Notes: generated by a model not told the origin, from the letters alone. DNA of 34,251 nt from an uncultured Anaerolineales bacterium (GCA_964624695.1 CAZUZB010000005.1:1-34251), one strand, 5' to 3'. Counted from the stretch's first letter, positions 7,757 to 16,547 are shown. Translations and numbers: made by a program.

Positions 7757-8917
7757 TCACACCGAGGGCATCACCACGTCGCAATAGCGCCGCTGCTCGG
7801 CCGATTCGCGCGCCCACAGGCACGTCAGCGCCGAGGTGATCCCCGCCTCGATGGGGCTGCGTGACGGCATGCCATCGCGCATCGCCCGGATGAAATCCCA
7901 CAGCAGCTCGCGATCGCCGCCAAAGTGCGGCATCTCGCCCGTGTAGGTGATCGTCTCCACCTCGGGCGACTGGTGCCGATACAGGCGAATCACGTTCTCA
8001 TACCAGTCAAAGTCGATGGTGCCCTTGTAGCCATACAGCCGCGCCCCGCGCCGGCCGGCGCTGAACCGGGCAAACACGTTCTGCGTGTAGGAAAGCTGCG
8101 CTCCACCCTCGTACTCGACGATCAGGTTGGAGAGATCCTCGTTGCGGATCTCGCGAGAGAACAGGCACATCCGCTCCGACGCTGTATCGACCTTTTCGCC
8201 GCGGAAGCGCTGATAGAACAGGTTGAACGGGCTCTCGGGGCAGGTCTCCCACTCGTCGCAATCGACGCAGTGCAGATCGTGCGGCTTGTCGCCACCATAT
8301 ACGCCACGGGCGTTCATGGCGCAGAGCTGCTTGGGAGTCTCGCCTAGTAGATATCCCACATAGTCCAGATCGTGGGTGGCCTTTTGCAGAAACAGCCCGC
8401 CGACCTCGTCCCAGTTGCGGTACCAATCGTAAAAGTAGACGTCGCCATAGGGCACATCGTTGGTGGCGACCACATGCTCCACCGAGCCGATGACATCGGC
8501 GTCGATCATCTCTTTGACGGTCTGCACATGACGGGTCAGCCGCAAGGGAAAAGACACCACCACCGGCGCCGGATACTGGGCATAGGCCTGGTGGAGCGCT
8601 GCTACCTGCTCAAAGCTGATGGCCACCGGCTTTTCCAGGAACAGCGGCATCGGGTGCTGCGCCACCAGCAACGCCATGGGCGTGTGCAGGTAGCAGCGGG
8701 TGCCGATCATTACGCCGTCCAGTTCCGCCTCGGCCAGCATGGTCTCAGCATCGCCGAAAAAGCGCGCGTCAGCCAGAAAGCCATCATCCTTGGCCCGGAT
8801 CTCTTTCGCGCGGGGATCGCACACGGCCACCACGCCGTACGGTACGCCAAACTGCCCGAGCCCTTTGGCCATGGACGACACGCGTCCACCGTAGCCGATG
8901 ATTCCCACCCTCAGCAT
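7757..8917 (-). CDS. Gfo/Idh/MocA family NAD(P)-dependent oxidoreductase
   Basis: The track start at 8923 is a TTG. The ATG at 8917 (MLRVGIIGYGGRVSSMAKGL, a Rossmann GxGxxG) is preceded by AGGAGG (8924..8929) at 6 nt. The EKP motif (FLEKPVA) is typical of the family. Confidence 0.9.
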   Translation of the reverse strand: MLRVGIIGYGGRVSSMAKGLGQFGVPYGVVAVCDPRAKEIRAKDDGFLADARFFGDAETMLAEAELDGVMIGTRCYLHTPMALLVAQHPMPLFLEKPVAISFEQVAALHQAYAQYPAPVVVSFPLRLTRHVQTVKEMIDADVIGSVEHVVATNDVPYGDVYFYDWYRNWDEVGGLFLQKATHDLDYVGYLLGETPKQLCAMNARGVYGGDKPHDLHCVDCDEWETCPESPFNLFYQRFRGEKVDTASERMCLFSREIRNEDLSNLIVEYEGGAQLSYTQNVFARFSAGRRGARLYGYKGTIDFDWYENVIRLYRHQSPEVETITYTGEMPHFGGDRELLWDFIRAMRDGMPSRSPIEAGITSALTCLWARESAEQRRYCDVVMPSV

Positions 8918-8927
8918 CGTCAACCTC

Positions 8928-10322
8928 CTACCTCGCCGGATTGTCGCCCAATGCGCGCCGATCGAGCCATCTCAGCGCCTCCTCACGAGACGCCATCTTG
9001 CCGGCTACCTGGGCCTCGCGAATCGCTTCTAGAGCCCGCCCAACGGACGGGCCCGAGCCAGCGCCCCAAACCCGCATCACGTCGCGTCCATCCACCAGCC
9101 GTGGCGGCTCAACCACCTGAGCGCGCCGCTGGAACCAGGCCATCAGCGCCTCAGCCGCCCGGCTCTGCTCCCCTCCCACCAAAGACAGCACGGCGCCGTC
9201 CACGCCGGCCTCGCCGTAACGGCGATAGTACCGGTAGAGCGCCACGTCGCCGTCGCCATCCAGACCTGTGGCCAGCGCCTCCGACCCCGCCACCGCACCA
9301 CGCACCCAGCGCACCTCCGCGCTGCCCAAGCGCAGGGCCAGGCACACGGCCTCGGCCACCTGCGAACCCAGAGCCGCCATCAGGGCCGCCAGCTTGGCAG
9401 CCTGGCAGCGCGTGCGCCCGCCCGCCAACACCCGTTCCCAGTCTTGCAGTAAAAGGCACCCTGTACCGCACACGGCATACCGTGCGCCATACATGGCGCC
9501 CTCTACCGCGCCATCGCCTATGGGACCGCGCGCCCAGTCCTCCAGCGCCCGCAACCGACCGAGCCCCCCGCCTAGCGCGTCTCTGGCCTGCTCCTGCGCG
9601 AGGCCCAGCGCCGGCGCCAGCGCGCCCAGCCGCGCCAAGTACCCCAACGCCATGGCCGCCCGATCCAGCCGCAGAATGGCGAACAGCTCGTCGCGCAGCC
9701 GCTCAGGCGAAGACTCGGCCAGCAACGACGCGGCCTGCGCCGCCAGCCGGCGCGTGGCCGGCTGCACCGGCAGACCGAGCTCGCCGCGAAAACGGGCCAG
9801 CCGCAACACGCGCACCGGGTCGTCCGAAAAAGCGCTCTCGCCGGCGCATCGCAGCAGTCCACGGGTCAGGTCATCATACCCGCCCGTGGGATCGAGCAGC
9901 GCATGCGGCGGGCGCATAGCCAGCGCCATGGCGTTGACGGTGAGGTCGCGGGCGCGCAGATCCTCCTCGATGGTAGGCGCGCGCAGGCCGGCCAGATCCC
10001 AGTGCTGGGCCTGGTCGCCCCGTCCCATCACCACGCGGGCCACGTCACGCTCGCTGTCCATCACGACCAAGGCGCCTCCCGCGCGATCGGCCAACGCGCG
10101 GGCCAGGCCCAAGGCCGAGCCATCCACAGCGAAATCCAGATCCATGGTGTCGCGCCCCAGCAGGGCATCGCGCACAGACCCGCCCACCAGATAGACCGGC
10201 TGGGGCCACGCGGCCATGAACGCCGCCAGCCATGCGCGTGCCGGCTCGCCCGTCAACCAGCCAGGGAGATCCTGGGGGCGGCGGGTCAGACGGGACGCCG
10301 GACGCGCGTCACCCACGCCCAT
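8928..10322 (-). CDS. tRNA nucleotidyltransferase / poly(A) polymerase family protein (CCA-, CC- or A-adding enzyme)
   Basis: 464-aa ORF with the class II nucleotidyltransferase head motif VYLVGGSVRDALLGRDTMDLDFAV and the downstream RDLTVNAMA. ATG at 10322 overlaps the Nudix stop by 14 nt. No HD domain is evident. Confidence 0.85.
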   Translation of the reverse strand: MGVGDARPASRLTRRPQDLPGWLTGEPARAWLAAFMAAWPQPVYLVGGSVRDALLGRDTMDLDFAVDGSALGLARALADRAGGALVVMDSERDVARVVMGRGDQAQHWDLAGLRAPTIEEDLRARDLTVNAMALAMRPPHALLDPTGGYDDLTRGLLRCAGESAFSDDPVRVLRLARFRGELGLPVQPATRRLAAQAASLLAESSPERLRDELFAILRLDRAAMALGYLARLGALAPALGLAQEQARDALGGGLGRLRALEDWARGPIGDGAVEGAMYGARYAVCGTGCLLLQDWERVLAGGRTRCQAAKLAALMAALGSQVAEAVCLALRLGSAEVRWVRGAVAGSEALATGLDGDGDVALYRYYRRYGEAGVDGAVLSLVGGEQSRAAEALMAWFQRRAQVVEPPRLVDGRDVMRVWGAGSGPSVGRALEAIREAQVAGKMASREEALRWLDRRALGDNPAR

Positions 10323-10929
10323 GTCGCATCAGCTCTAGATGCTGTAAGCAGATGACCGTCTTGGCATCGATGATCTCGCCGCGCTTGACCATGGCCAGCG
10401 CCTCATCCAGCGGGAACCAAGCAACCTGGATATCCTCGTGCTCCAGCGTCAGCCCCCCGCCCGGAGCGACGCGTTCGGATGGCGAGACAGGCGCCACAAA
10501 CAGATGGATACGTTCGGTCGTGGCGCCCGGGCTCAGGTAGACGCTGGCCACGTGCGTGAGCGCTTGTGGGCGATAGCCGGCCTCCTCCACCGCCTCTCGC
10601 TGGGCTGTGCTCGCGCCCTCATCGGCGGGGTCCTGCGTCCCCGCCACGACCTCCCAGAGCCACGGGTCGTCGCCACGGTCGTAGGCCACATGGCGGAACT
10701 GCCGGGTCAGCAGCACGGCCCAGTTTTTCGGGTCATAGAGAAGCACGCCGGCGGCATCGCCGCGCTCAAAGAGCAAGCGGGAGAGCGGAGGACTGAGGGT
10801 GCCATCGAAACGCTCATAGCGCAAGAGGAGACGATCCAACTGAAAGAACTCGTCCACCAAGCGTTCCCGCGAGAGCACCTGCACGCGACGTGGCCGTGGC
10901 TCTTGGGTGGGTGTGTGCTGCTCAGCCAT
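10309..10929 (-). CDS. Nudix hydrolase, NudK/YffH-like (nucleoside-diphosphate-sugar pyrophosphatase; GDP-mannose pyrophosphatase-like)
   Basis: 206-aa ORF. Nudix box AGTQDPADEGASTAQREAVEEAGY. From my memory of E. coli NudK, the overall layout resembles it: FERGDAAGVLLYDP..VLLTRQFR, a C-terminal GGG..EDIQV...AMVKRGEIIDAKTVICLQHL. The subfamily assignment is unverified. Confidence 0.8.
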   Translation of the reverse strand: MAEQHTPTQEPRPRRVQVLSRERLVDEFFQLDRLLLRYERFDGTLSPPLSRLLFERGDAAGVLLYDPKNWAVLLTRQFRHVAYDRGDDPWLWEVVAGTQDPADEGASTAQREAVEEAGYRPQALTHVASVYLSPGATTERIHLFVAPVSPSERVAPGGGLTLEHEDIQVAWFPLDEALAMVKRGEIIDAKTVICLQHLELMRHGRG

Positions 10930-11677
10930 GGCGCCTCGCCATCTGTCTCGCCGCGCAGGGGCTCGAACACGGCCTCGCTGGCAACCGATGCAGCAGCTCG
11001 GTCACGCTCGCCAACAAGAGGTCCGGCGCATGCTGGCCCACAAAGGCCTCGCGGCCGATAGCTGCGCCGGCATACACCACCGCCACCGTCCGAGCCCCCG
11101 CCGCCTTGCCCGCAGCCACATCCATCGGGTGATCGCCGCACATCAAGCAGCACTCTGCGGGAATGCCCAGACGCGCCGCCGCATCATAGAGATGCCGTGG
11201 ATCGGGCTTGACGTGCTCGGTGTCATCGCGGGTGACCAGCACGTGGTGCACCAGCGGATGACGGGCGAGCACGTCGGCTACCGCCCGGCGGCAGTTGCGC
11301 GTGACGATGCCGATGCCATACCCCCGTTCCGCCAGCTCCGCCAGCGCCTCCGTTACCCCATTGTACGGCTGAGCGAACCGCGCCGCCGCCATCTCGATCG
11401 CCTCGATGGCCTCGGCCGCCTCACGACGGAACGCTGCCGCACGGTCAGCCTCCAGGCAGCCGGCCACAGTGGCGACCATCTCGAGAGATGGCCGACGGTC
11501 CCAACCCTCGGCATCGATCCCGTATCGCCTCGCCAATGCCAACACGGCAGACCGCATAGCGGCAAAGTCGATGGTCTGGTGGACTAGCGTACCATCGAAA
11601 TCAAACAGCACAGCGCAAGGGCCGTCAGGCGCCGATCTCGCGGCGGAATCTGCGGCCACCCTATCAGCCGGCGCCAT
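10922..11677 (-). CDS. HAD-superfamily hydrolase (phosphoglycolate / sugar-phosphate phosphatase-like, subfamily IA)
   Basis: The track ORF 10922..12022 is over-extended, because its first 115 codons overlap the NHL coding frame. The internal ATG at 11677 gives 251 aa starting MAPADRV... with HAD motif I (VLFDFDGTL), motif II (GIVTRN) and motifs III/IV (KPDP...CGDHPMDVAAGKAAGA). It overlaps the upstream stop by 14 nt and the downstream start by 8 nt. Confidence 0.8.
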   Translation of the reverse strand: MAPADRVAADSAARSAPDGPCAVLFDFDGTLVHQTIDFAAMRSAVLALARRYGIDAEGWDRRPSLEMVATVAGCLEADRAAAFRREAAEAIEAIEMAAARFAQPYNGVTEALAELAERGYGIGIVTRNCRRAVADVLARHPLVHHVLVTRDDTEHVKPDPRHLYDAAARLGIPAECCLMCGDHPMDVAAGKAAGARTVAVVYAGAAIGREAFVGQHAPDLLLASVTELLHRLPARPCSSPCAARQMARRHG

Positions 11678-14600
11678 AGGCGCTGCCCTCGAACACCAGG
11701 ATGCGATGATTCTCGCTATCGGCCACCAGCACGCGGTCGGCACCATCCACAACGATGCCCGTCGGCAGTTGCATCGAGCCCAGATCGGTGCCGAACTGCC
11801 CCCACACATCCAGGAGCCGCCCCTGCCCATCGTAGACGAGCACCCGGTAGCCCTCAGGATCGGTGGCGTACACATTGCCCGACGCATCCACCGCGAGGTA
11901 GGGCTTGTTGACCACCGACACGCTCTCCCAGGCGTACAGATCCCACGCATGGGAGAACTGCCCATCCGGCGCAAAGGCCTGGATGCGATGGTTCCAGGTA
12001 TCGGCCACGTACAGCGTCCCATCGGGCCCCACGGCGATGCCCACCGGCTCCTGGAACCGGCCCGCGTCAGAGCCGGCGCCGCCGATGCCCAGGATCATCT
12101 CCCCTTGGGGCGTATACTTGACGATGCGCTTGTTCCCGGTGTCGCTCACATACACATTGCCGTCGCCATCGATGGCCACGTCACGCGGCCCATACAGCAG
12201 GTCGCCGTCACCGGTGGCGCCGGTCTGGCCAAAGGTGCCCCACTCGCGCACATAGCGGCCATCGGGATCAAAGACCTGGATCCGGTGGTTCCAGGTATCA
12301 GCGACGTACACATAACCCTCGGCGTCCACGGCCAGGCCCCACGGCTCCAGGAACTGGCCCGGAGCGGAGCCCTCGCTGCCCCACTGCCGCAACAATACGC
12401 CCGATGAGCTCAGAACCTGGATGCGGTTGTTCTGGCTATCGGCCACATAGAGGTTGCCCTGGGCGTCCGTGGCCAGGCCCTTGGGCGCGCGGAACAAGCC
12501 CGCCTCGCTGCCGGGTCCACCCCAGGCCACGGTGGCCTCGTGCGGGCGCCACAGCGCCAGATACTCGTCCCCGGGCAGCGGCTCGGCCGCCGCGCTCACC
12601 TCGGGGCCATAGTCCCATAGCTGCATGGCAACGTCACGCCGCACATACATGGCGAACTTGTTCACCAACGGCCACGCGTCCAGGCTATGCTGTGACTTGC
12701 GATACCAGATCACATTCCACAACTGACGCCGCCCCTCGGCGCTGCGGAGGTCGCTCCACAGCGTCTCGGGCATCCGTATGTACCAGTCCTGGTCGGGCCA
12801 CCAGATCAGTCGATACTGCCGCCTGAAATAGCGATCCCCCAAGAACGGCTTGATGGCCGACTCGTTGGATGGCCCCACCAGGATCACATCCGCATCCGCC
12901 GCGCCCTCTGTCGCCCCCACAAAGTAGGTGGCATTGGTAAAGTCGCGCAGATACCAGACGAACGGCCAGCTACTATCGTTGTCATAGGCGACGCGCAGAT
13001 GGAGCCCACCCGTCAGACGGTGCGACATCTCCTCCAGTTCGTTGGCCACCACCGCCACATCCGGCGCTCCCTGCGCATAGAACAGGAACTCGGTGACCAG
13101 ATCCTGGTTGATGAACGTGACCATCCACGCAAAGCGCACGGTGGCGGCCATGAGCACCAGCACCAGCGCCAGCGCCGTCAGGCGCCACGCCTCGCTCCGG
13201 CGCAGCCGCTTGACGATCTGCACCACGAACGCCGCCACAATGCCCACCATCACCAACGCCGCCAGCCATCCCATGGTCTCGCGCAACGCCTCAAGCGTGG
13301 TGCCCAGAGAGAACTGCCGCTGGAGCAGCATCGCCAGGGAAAGTATCAGCAGCGGCACCAGCAAGAACAGCCAGAGGCCGCCCCGTTGGCGCACCGAACG
13401 CCAGTCAAGATTGACCAAGCGCGCCAGGGCCCAGCCGCCCAAAAGCTGCATGGGCACCGCGATATGCAAGGTCAGCCAGGGCATCTTTTCGCCGGCCCAG
13501 GAGTAGATCACGAACGCCGCCCAGGCCCACAATATCAGCAAGGCCGCCACGGGCAACGGGCGCGCCACACCCTCGGCGTCGTCCAGGGCTGGCGGCTCAC
13601 CATCCAGCGCCGCCGGCGTCGCCTCACCCCGCAGGGCATACACCGCCGTGCCAGCGATCCCCAGCGCCACCGGTAAGAACTCGTACAGCCCCATCTGCAC
13701 GATATAGTAGAACCAGGGCTGGCTCCCGCGCGCCTCCCCGTGCTGTGAAAGCCAGTAGCCCAGCGAGCCCACCACGCCGGTGGCCAGCCCCTGGCCGTTG
13801 GTGAACATGGTGGTAAAGAGCGGCACCGTGATGCCCCAGAACACGCCCGCGCATGGCAACCAGAGCTTGCGATTCCAGAGGAGCCCGATACCCACACTGG
13901 CGGCCAGCACCACCCCAAAGATGATGCCCGACGAGACGATGCCGCTGGCCGAATAATCCACCGGATCGAACCCCAACGCCTGGATGGCAAAGGGGGAGGC
14001 CCAGGGCAGCAGCAGCGTGCCCATCACCATCAGCACATCGTAGGCGGGGCGGTCGGTCAGGTTGGCGTGCCGCAGATACGCCCACAGCGACCCAGCATCG
14101 GGCTCGCGGTCGCGCAACACCTCCAGGACATAGTAGCCAGCCATAAAGATGCCAAAGATGGCATAAGTGATAAAGGTGGTCTCTTTGCCGGCAAAGCCCA
14201 GGGCATAGCTGGCGGCCAGGATCACCAGATCGCGGGGACGACGACTCTCCAGGTAGCGCAGCATGGCCCACGCCAGCACCAGGTTGAATAGTATTGCCCC
14301 CTGGTCATGCCGGATAAAGCGCGACCGCGCCATCACCACGGGCGAGATGGCCATCAGCAGCATGGCGAGCAACGCCCCCCGTTTGCCCAGCCAGCGACGG
14401 AACGGAATAGCCATCGCCACGATAGCGATACCGAGTAAGGAGGTGCTCAAACGCGCGGTATAGTCGCTGTGGCCAAACAATGCATAGATCAGCGCGGTCC
14501 AGTGGTACAGGAACGGCCCATGGTAGACGGGGTTGTGCTGATAGCCCTGCCCCGTCACCAGCTTCCAGGCCTCCCAGGCATGGATGCTCTCATCGTGGCT

Positions 14601-14768
14601 ATAGCCGCGCGATGATAGATCCCATAGGCGCGTCAAAACCACAAAGAGCATCACCACCACACAAGCCACAGTCCACCAAGTGACCCGCTTGCTCCCAAAC
14701 AGCGGGCGGTCCAGCAGCGACCGAGCGTCGCGTGTCTCTGTCATCGAGGCACTCCCATCCTCTGTCAT
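11664..14768 (-). CDS. TIGR03663-like (PMT/GT-C-like) polytopic membrane protein fused to a C-terminal six-bladed NHL beta-propeller
   Basis: 1034-aa ORF. The N-terminal loop carries the DE and HGP signatures I recall for TIGR03663: RLWDLSSRGYSHDESIHAWEAWKL...NPVYHGPFLYHW. Roughly 14 or more hydrophobic spans follow. The C-terminal 278 aa hold six NHL repeats. The ATG overlaps the upstream stop as ATGA (14765..14768). Confidence 0.9.
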   Translation of the reverse strand: MTEDGSASMTETRDARSLLDRPLFGSKRVTWWTVACVVVMLFVVLTRLWDLSSRGYSHDESIHAWEAWKLVTGQGYQHNPVYHGPFLYHWTALIYALFGHSDYTARLSTSLLGIAIVAMAIPFRRWLGKRGALLAMLLMAISPVVMARSRFIRHDQGAILFNLVLAWAMLRYLESRRPRDLVILAASYALGFAGKETTFITYAIFGIFMAGYYVLEVLRDREPDAGSLWAYLRHANLTDRPAYDVLMVMGTLLLPWASPFAIQALGFDPVDYSASGIVSSGIIFGVVLAASVGIGLLWNRKLWLPCAGVFWGITVPLFTTMFTNGQGLATGVVGSLGYWLSQHGEARGSQPWFYYIVQMGLYEFLPVALGIAGTAVYALRGEATPAALDGEPPALDDAEGVARPLPVAALLILWAWAAFVIYSWAGEKMPWLTLHIAVPMQLLGGWALARLVNLDWRSVRQRGGLWLFLLVPLLILSLAMLLQRQFSLGTTLEALRETMGWLAALVMVGIVAAFVVQIVKRLRRSEAWRLTALALVLVLMAATVRFAWMVTFINQDLVTEFLFYAQGAPDVAVVANELEEMSHRLTGGLHLRVAYDNDSSWPFVWYLRDFTNATYFVGATEGAADADVILVGPSNESAIKPFLGDRYFRRQYRLIWWPDQDWYIRMPETLWSDLRSAEGRRQLWNVIWYRKSQHSLDAWPLVNKFAMYVRRDVAMQLWDYGPEVSAAAEPLPGDEYLALWRPHEATVAWGGPGSEAGLFRAPKGLATDAQGNLYVADSQNNRIQVLSSSGVLLRQWGSEGSAPGQFLEPWGLAVDAEGYVYVADTWNHRIQVFDPDGRYVREWGTFGQTGATGDGDLLYGPRDVAIDGDGNVYVSDTGNKRIVKYTPQGEMILGIGGAGSDAGRFQEPVGIAVGPDGTLYVADTWNHRIQAFAPDGQFSHAWDLYAWESVSVVNKPYLAVDASGNVYATDPEGYRVLVYDGQGRLLDVWGQFGTDLGSMQLPTGIVVDGADRVLVADSENHRILVFEGSAYGAG
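11667..12500 (-). repeat. Six tandem NHL repeats (coding, protein-level repeat)
   Basis: Six repeat cores are readable in the translation:
- GLATDAQGNLYVADSQNNRIQVL
- GLAVDAEGYVYVADTWNHRIQVF
- DVAIDGDGNVYVSDTGNKRIVKY
- GIAVGPDGTLYVADTWNHRIQAF
- YLAVDASGNVYATDPEGYRVLVY
- GIVVDGADRVLVADSENHRILVF. Confidence 0.9.
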
Positions 14769-16528
14769 GGCGAGCTACCGACAAGATCGAGGGGCAGCCA
14801 CACGTGCGCCCGTTCGCGCGCGGGGGCGCCCACCGGCAGGCGCGTCACCACCCAGCGTAGCCGTTCCAGGCTGGCGAGCTCGTGCAGCGCCAAGCTCTCC
14901 CAAAGCGCCACCGGCTGCCCGGCCAAGCGCGCCGGCCAAGCCTCCTCCGGCAGCTCGCGGGTGATCCAGACGTCAGCCTCCTCGCGTAGCGGGTCGGATG
15001 CCGCCCGAGCCCGAGGGTAGTCGCGCAGCGCCCAGCCCAGAACCTCGTCGAGCTCACGATCGTACACCACCCGTAGGGTGGTGCGATCCTTCCCGCCCTT
15101 GGTGGCCGCGCGATCCACCAGCGCCTCCAGCTCGCGGACGTCAGCCGATGCGATCCTGGTGTGTAGCGGCTCCCGTGGATCGCGCGCCGTCCGGTAGGCC
15201 AGCGCCGACGCGCTGGACAGGTGAACGGCGCCCCCCCAAAGAGCCAAAGCGCAGGCGGCAGCGCATAGAGCCCTACGCGCACCACACCAGAGGCCCAAGC
15301 CCCACAAGAGCACGATGCCGGCGCCCACCCCCCAGACCATCAGGCTCAGACGAATCCGTTGGCCCGTCTGCTGGTACGCCACCAGCTCCAGCCAGGCAAA
15401 ACAGAGCGCCACCAACGTCACCGCCACGCCCACGGTATCGCGCGCGTCTCGCTCACCCTGGCGGAAAGCACCGATCAGCCGCTCCACGCCACGCCCCGCC
15501 AGAATTATCGCCGGCAGCCAAGCCTGGCCGATCCAGAGCGTCCCGCGGTGGCCGCCAAGGGTGCCCAAGAGCAGCGCCCAAGCCAGCCACAAAGCCACAG
15601 CCCGCTCCCAAAGGGCAGAGTCCCTGGCTCGGATGGCATACCCGCAAGCCACCAAGGCCAACGCCAGCGTGACCGGCTCGTAAAAGGCGAGGTTGGTGAT
15701 CAGCCACCACCAGGCGCCCTCGGCAGAACGTGGCGCCAGATCCGCGAACCAGCGCCAGGCCACCTCAGCGGTCGCACCGATCCCAGCGAGGTTGGCCGTG
15801 GCCGCCGTGGCGCCCAGTACCAAGAGCGCGCCCCCCAGGGCCAGGTCTCGCCGCGAGACGCCCCCCAGCGCTTCCTTGATGCGCCCCAGTCCGGGCAGGG
15901 GACGGCGCGTCCCCAAGCTGACAAGAACCGCTACCGCCATGCCCATCGGTAGCGTATAGAACAGCGGTGCCGTCAGCACGCCCAACGCAATGGCCACCAC
16001 CAGCCACCGTGGCCGGCCGTGCTCTAGCGCTGCCAGCGCCAGCACGGAGCAACCCAGCGCCAAGACGGCCCCATCCCCGGACCGCGACAGATAGATGCCG
16101 ATGGGCGAGATAGCCGCCAAAGCCGCCACGGCCAACGCGCCCACCCGCCCCAGCCGCCGACGGAACAGGTAAGGCATCGCCACCAAAGCCGCTCCCACCA
16201 GCGACGGGAACAGCCGCACCGTGGCATCGGTGGCGCGCGTCAACGCAAATAGGGCCAGGTTCAGATCAAAGACCAGGGGGCTGTAGTAAACAGCGCGCCA
16301 GCTCTCGCCCCGAATGGCCCGCAACGCCGACAGGGCCGGGGCCAGCTCATCGGCGGCCAACGGCCACGCGCCCAGCCACAGCAGGCGGAACACCAGCCCC
16401 ACCGCCACCAGCGCAGCATAGGCGCCGACCTCCACGGTCAACCAGTCCCACGCTATCGTCCGCGTAGGTTCCCGCGAGGCAGCGAGGCTGGAATCGGTCA
16501 CAGCATTCATCCTACCCCAATCGAGCAA
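14765..16528 (-). CDS. Polytopic membrane protein, divergent TIGR03663/GT-C-like paralog
   Basis: 587-aa ORF, hydrophobic throughout, with a soluble C-terminal portion of about 140 aa. Its first loop aligns to the downstream gene (FRLLWLGAWPLAADELAPALSALR vs TRLWDLSSRGYSHDESIHAWEAWK), but YYSPLVF replaces YHGPFLY. The track start at 16528 is a TTG; an in-frame ATG at 16510 (MNAVTDSS) is an alternative. Confidence 0.8.
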   Translation of the reverse strand: MLDWGRMNAVTDSSLAASREPTRTIAWDWLTVEVGAYAALVAVGLVFRLLWLGAWPLAADELAPALSALRAIRGESWRAVYYSPLVFDLNLALFALTRATDATVRLFPSLVGAALVAMPYLFRRRLGRVGALAVAALAAISPIGIYLSRSGDGAVLALGCSVLALAALEHGRPRWLVVAIALGVLTAPLFYTLPMGMAVAVLVSLGTRRPLPGLGRIKEALGGVSRRDLALGGALLVLGATAATANLAGIGATAEVAWRWFADLAPRSAEGAWWWLITNLAFYEPVTLALALVACGYAIRARDSALWERAVALWLAWALLLGTLGGHRGTLWIGQAWLPAIILAGRGVERLIGAFRQGERDARDTVGVAVTLVALCFAWLELVAYQQTGQRIRLSLMVWGVGAGIVLLWGLGLWCGARRALCAAACALALWGGAVHLSSASALAYRTARDPREPLHTRIASADVRELEALVDRAATKGGKDRTTLRVVYDRELDEVLGWALRDYPRARAASDPLREEADVWITRELPEEAWPARLAGQPVALWESLALHELASLERLRWVVTRLPVGAPARERAHVWLPLDLVGSSP

Positions 16529-16547
16529 TCATGGTCACACCTGCGCG

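Noticed and set aside
8372-9919. 515-aa plus-strand ORF (Pro/Arg/Ala-rich) opposite the oxidoreductase and CCA-enzyme genes
   Set aside because: It has an extreme Pro/Arg/Ala composition, crosses a gene boundary on the other strand and has no motif. The opposite-strand genes carry unmistakable GxGxxG and GGxVRD...DxD motifs.
9268-10194. 308-aa plus-strand Ser/Ala/Arg-rich ORF opposite the CCA-enzyme gene
   Set aside because: It has the same shadow-ORF signature, and the opposite strand has the nucleotidyltransferase motifs.
11678-12022. N-terminal 115 codons of the track ORF 10922..12022 (366 aa)
   Set aside because: This stretch overlaps the NHL-repeat coding frame of the 1034-aa gene and translates to Cys/Arg/Trp-rich nonsense. 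The HAD motif I (FDFDGT) follows shortly after the internal ATG at 11677, which gives a normal-length HAD protein.
11667-12500. Periodicity of about 130-140 nt, considered as a possible CRISPR-like or satellite repeat
   Set aside because: The units are imperfect, in frame and translate to six NHL repeats. There is no spacer/repeat structure and no cas genes.
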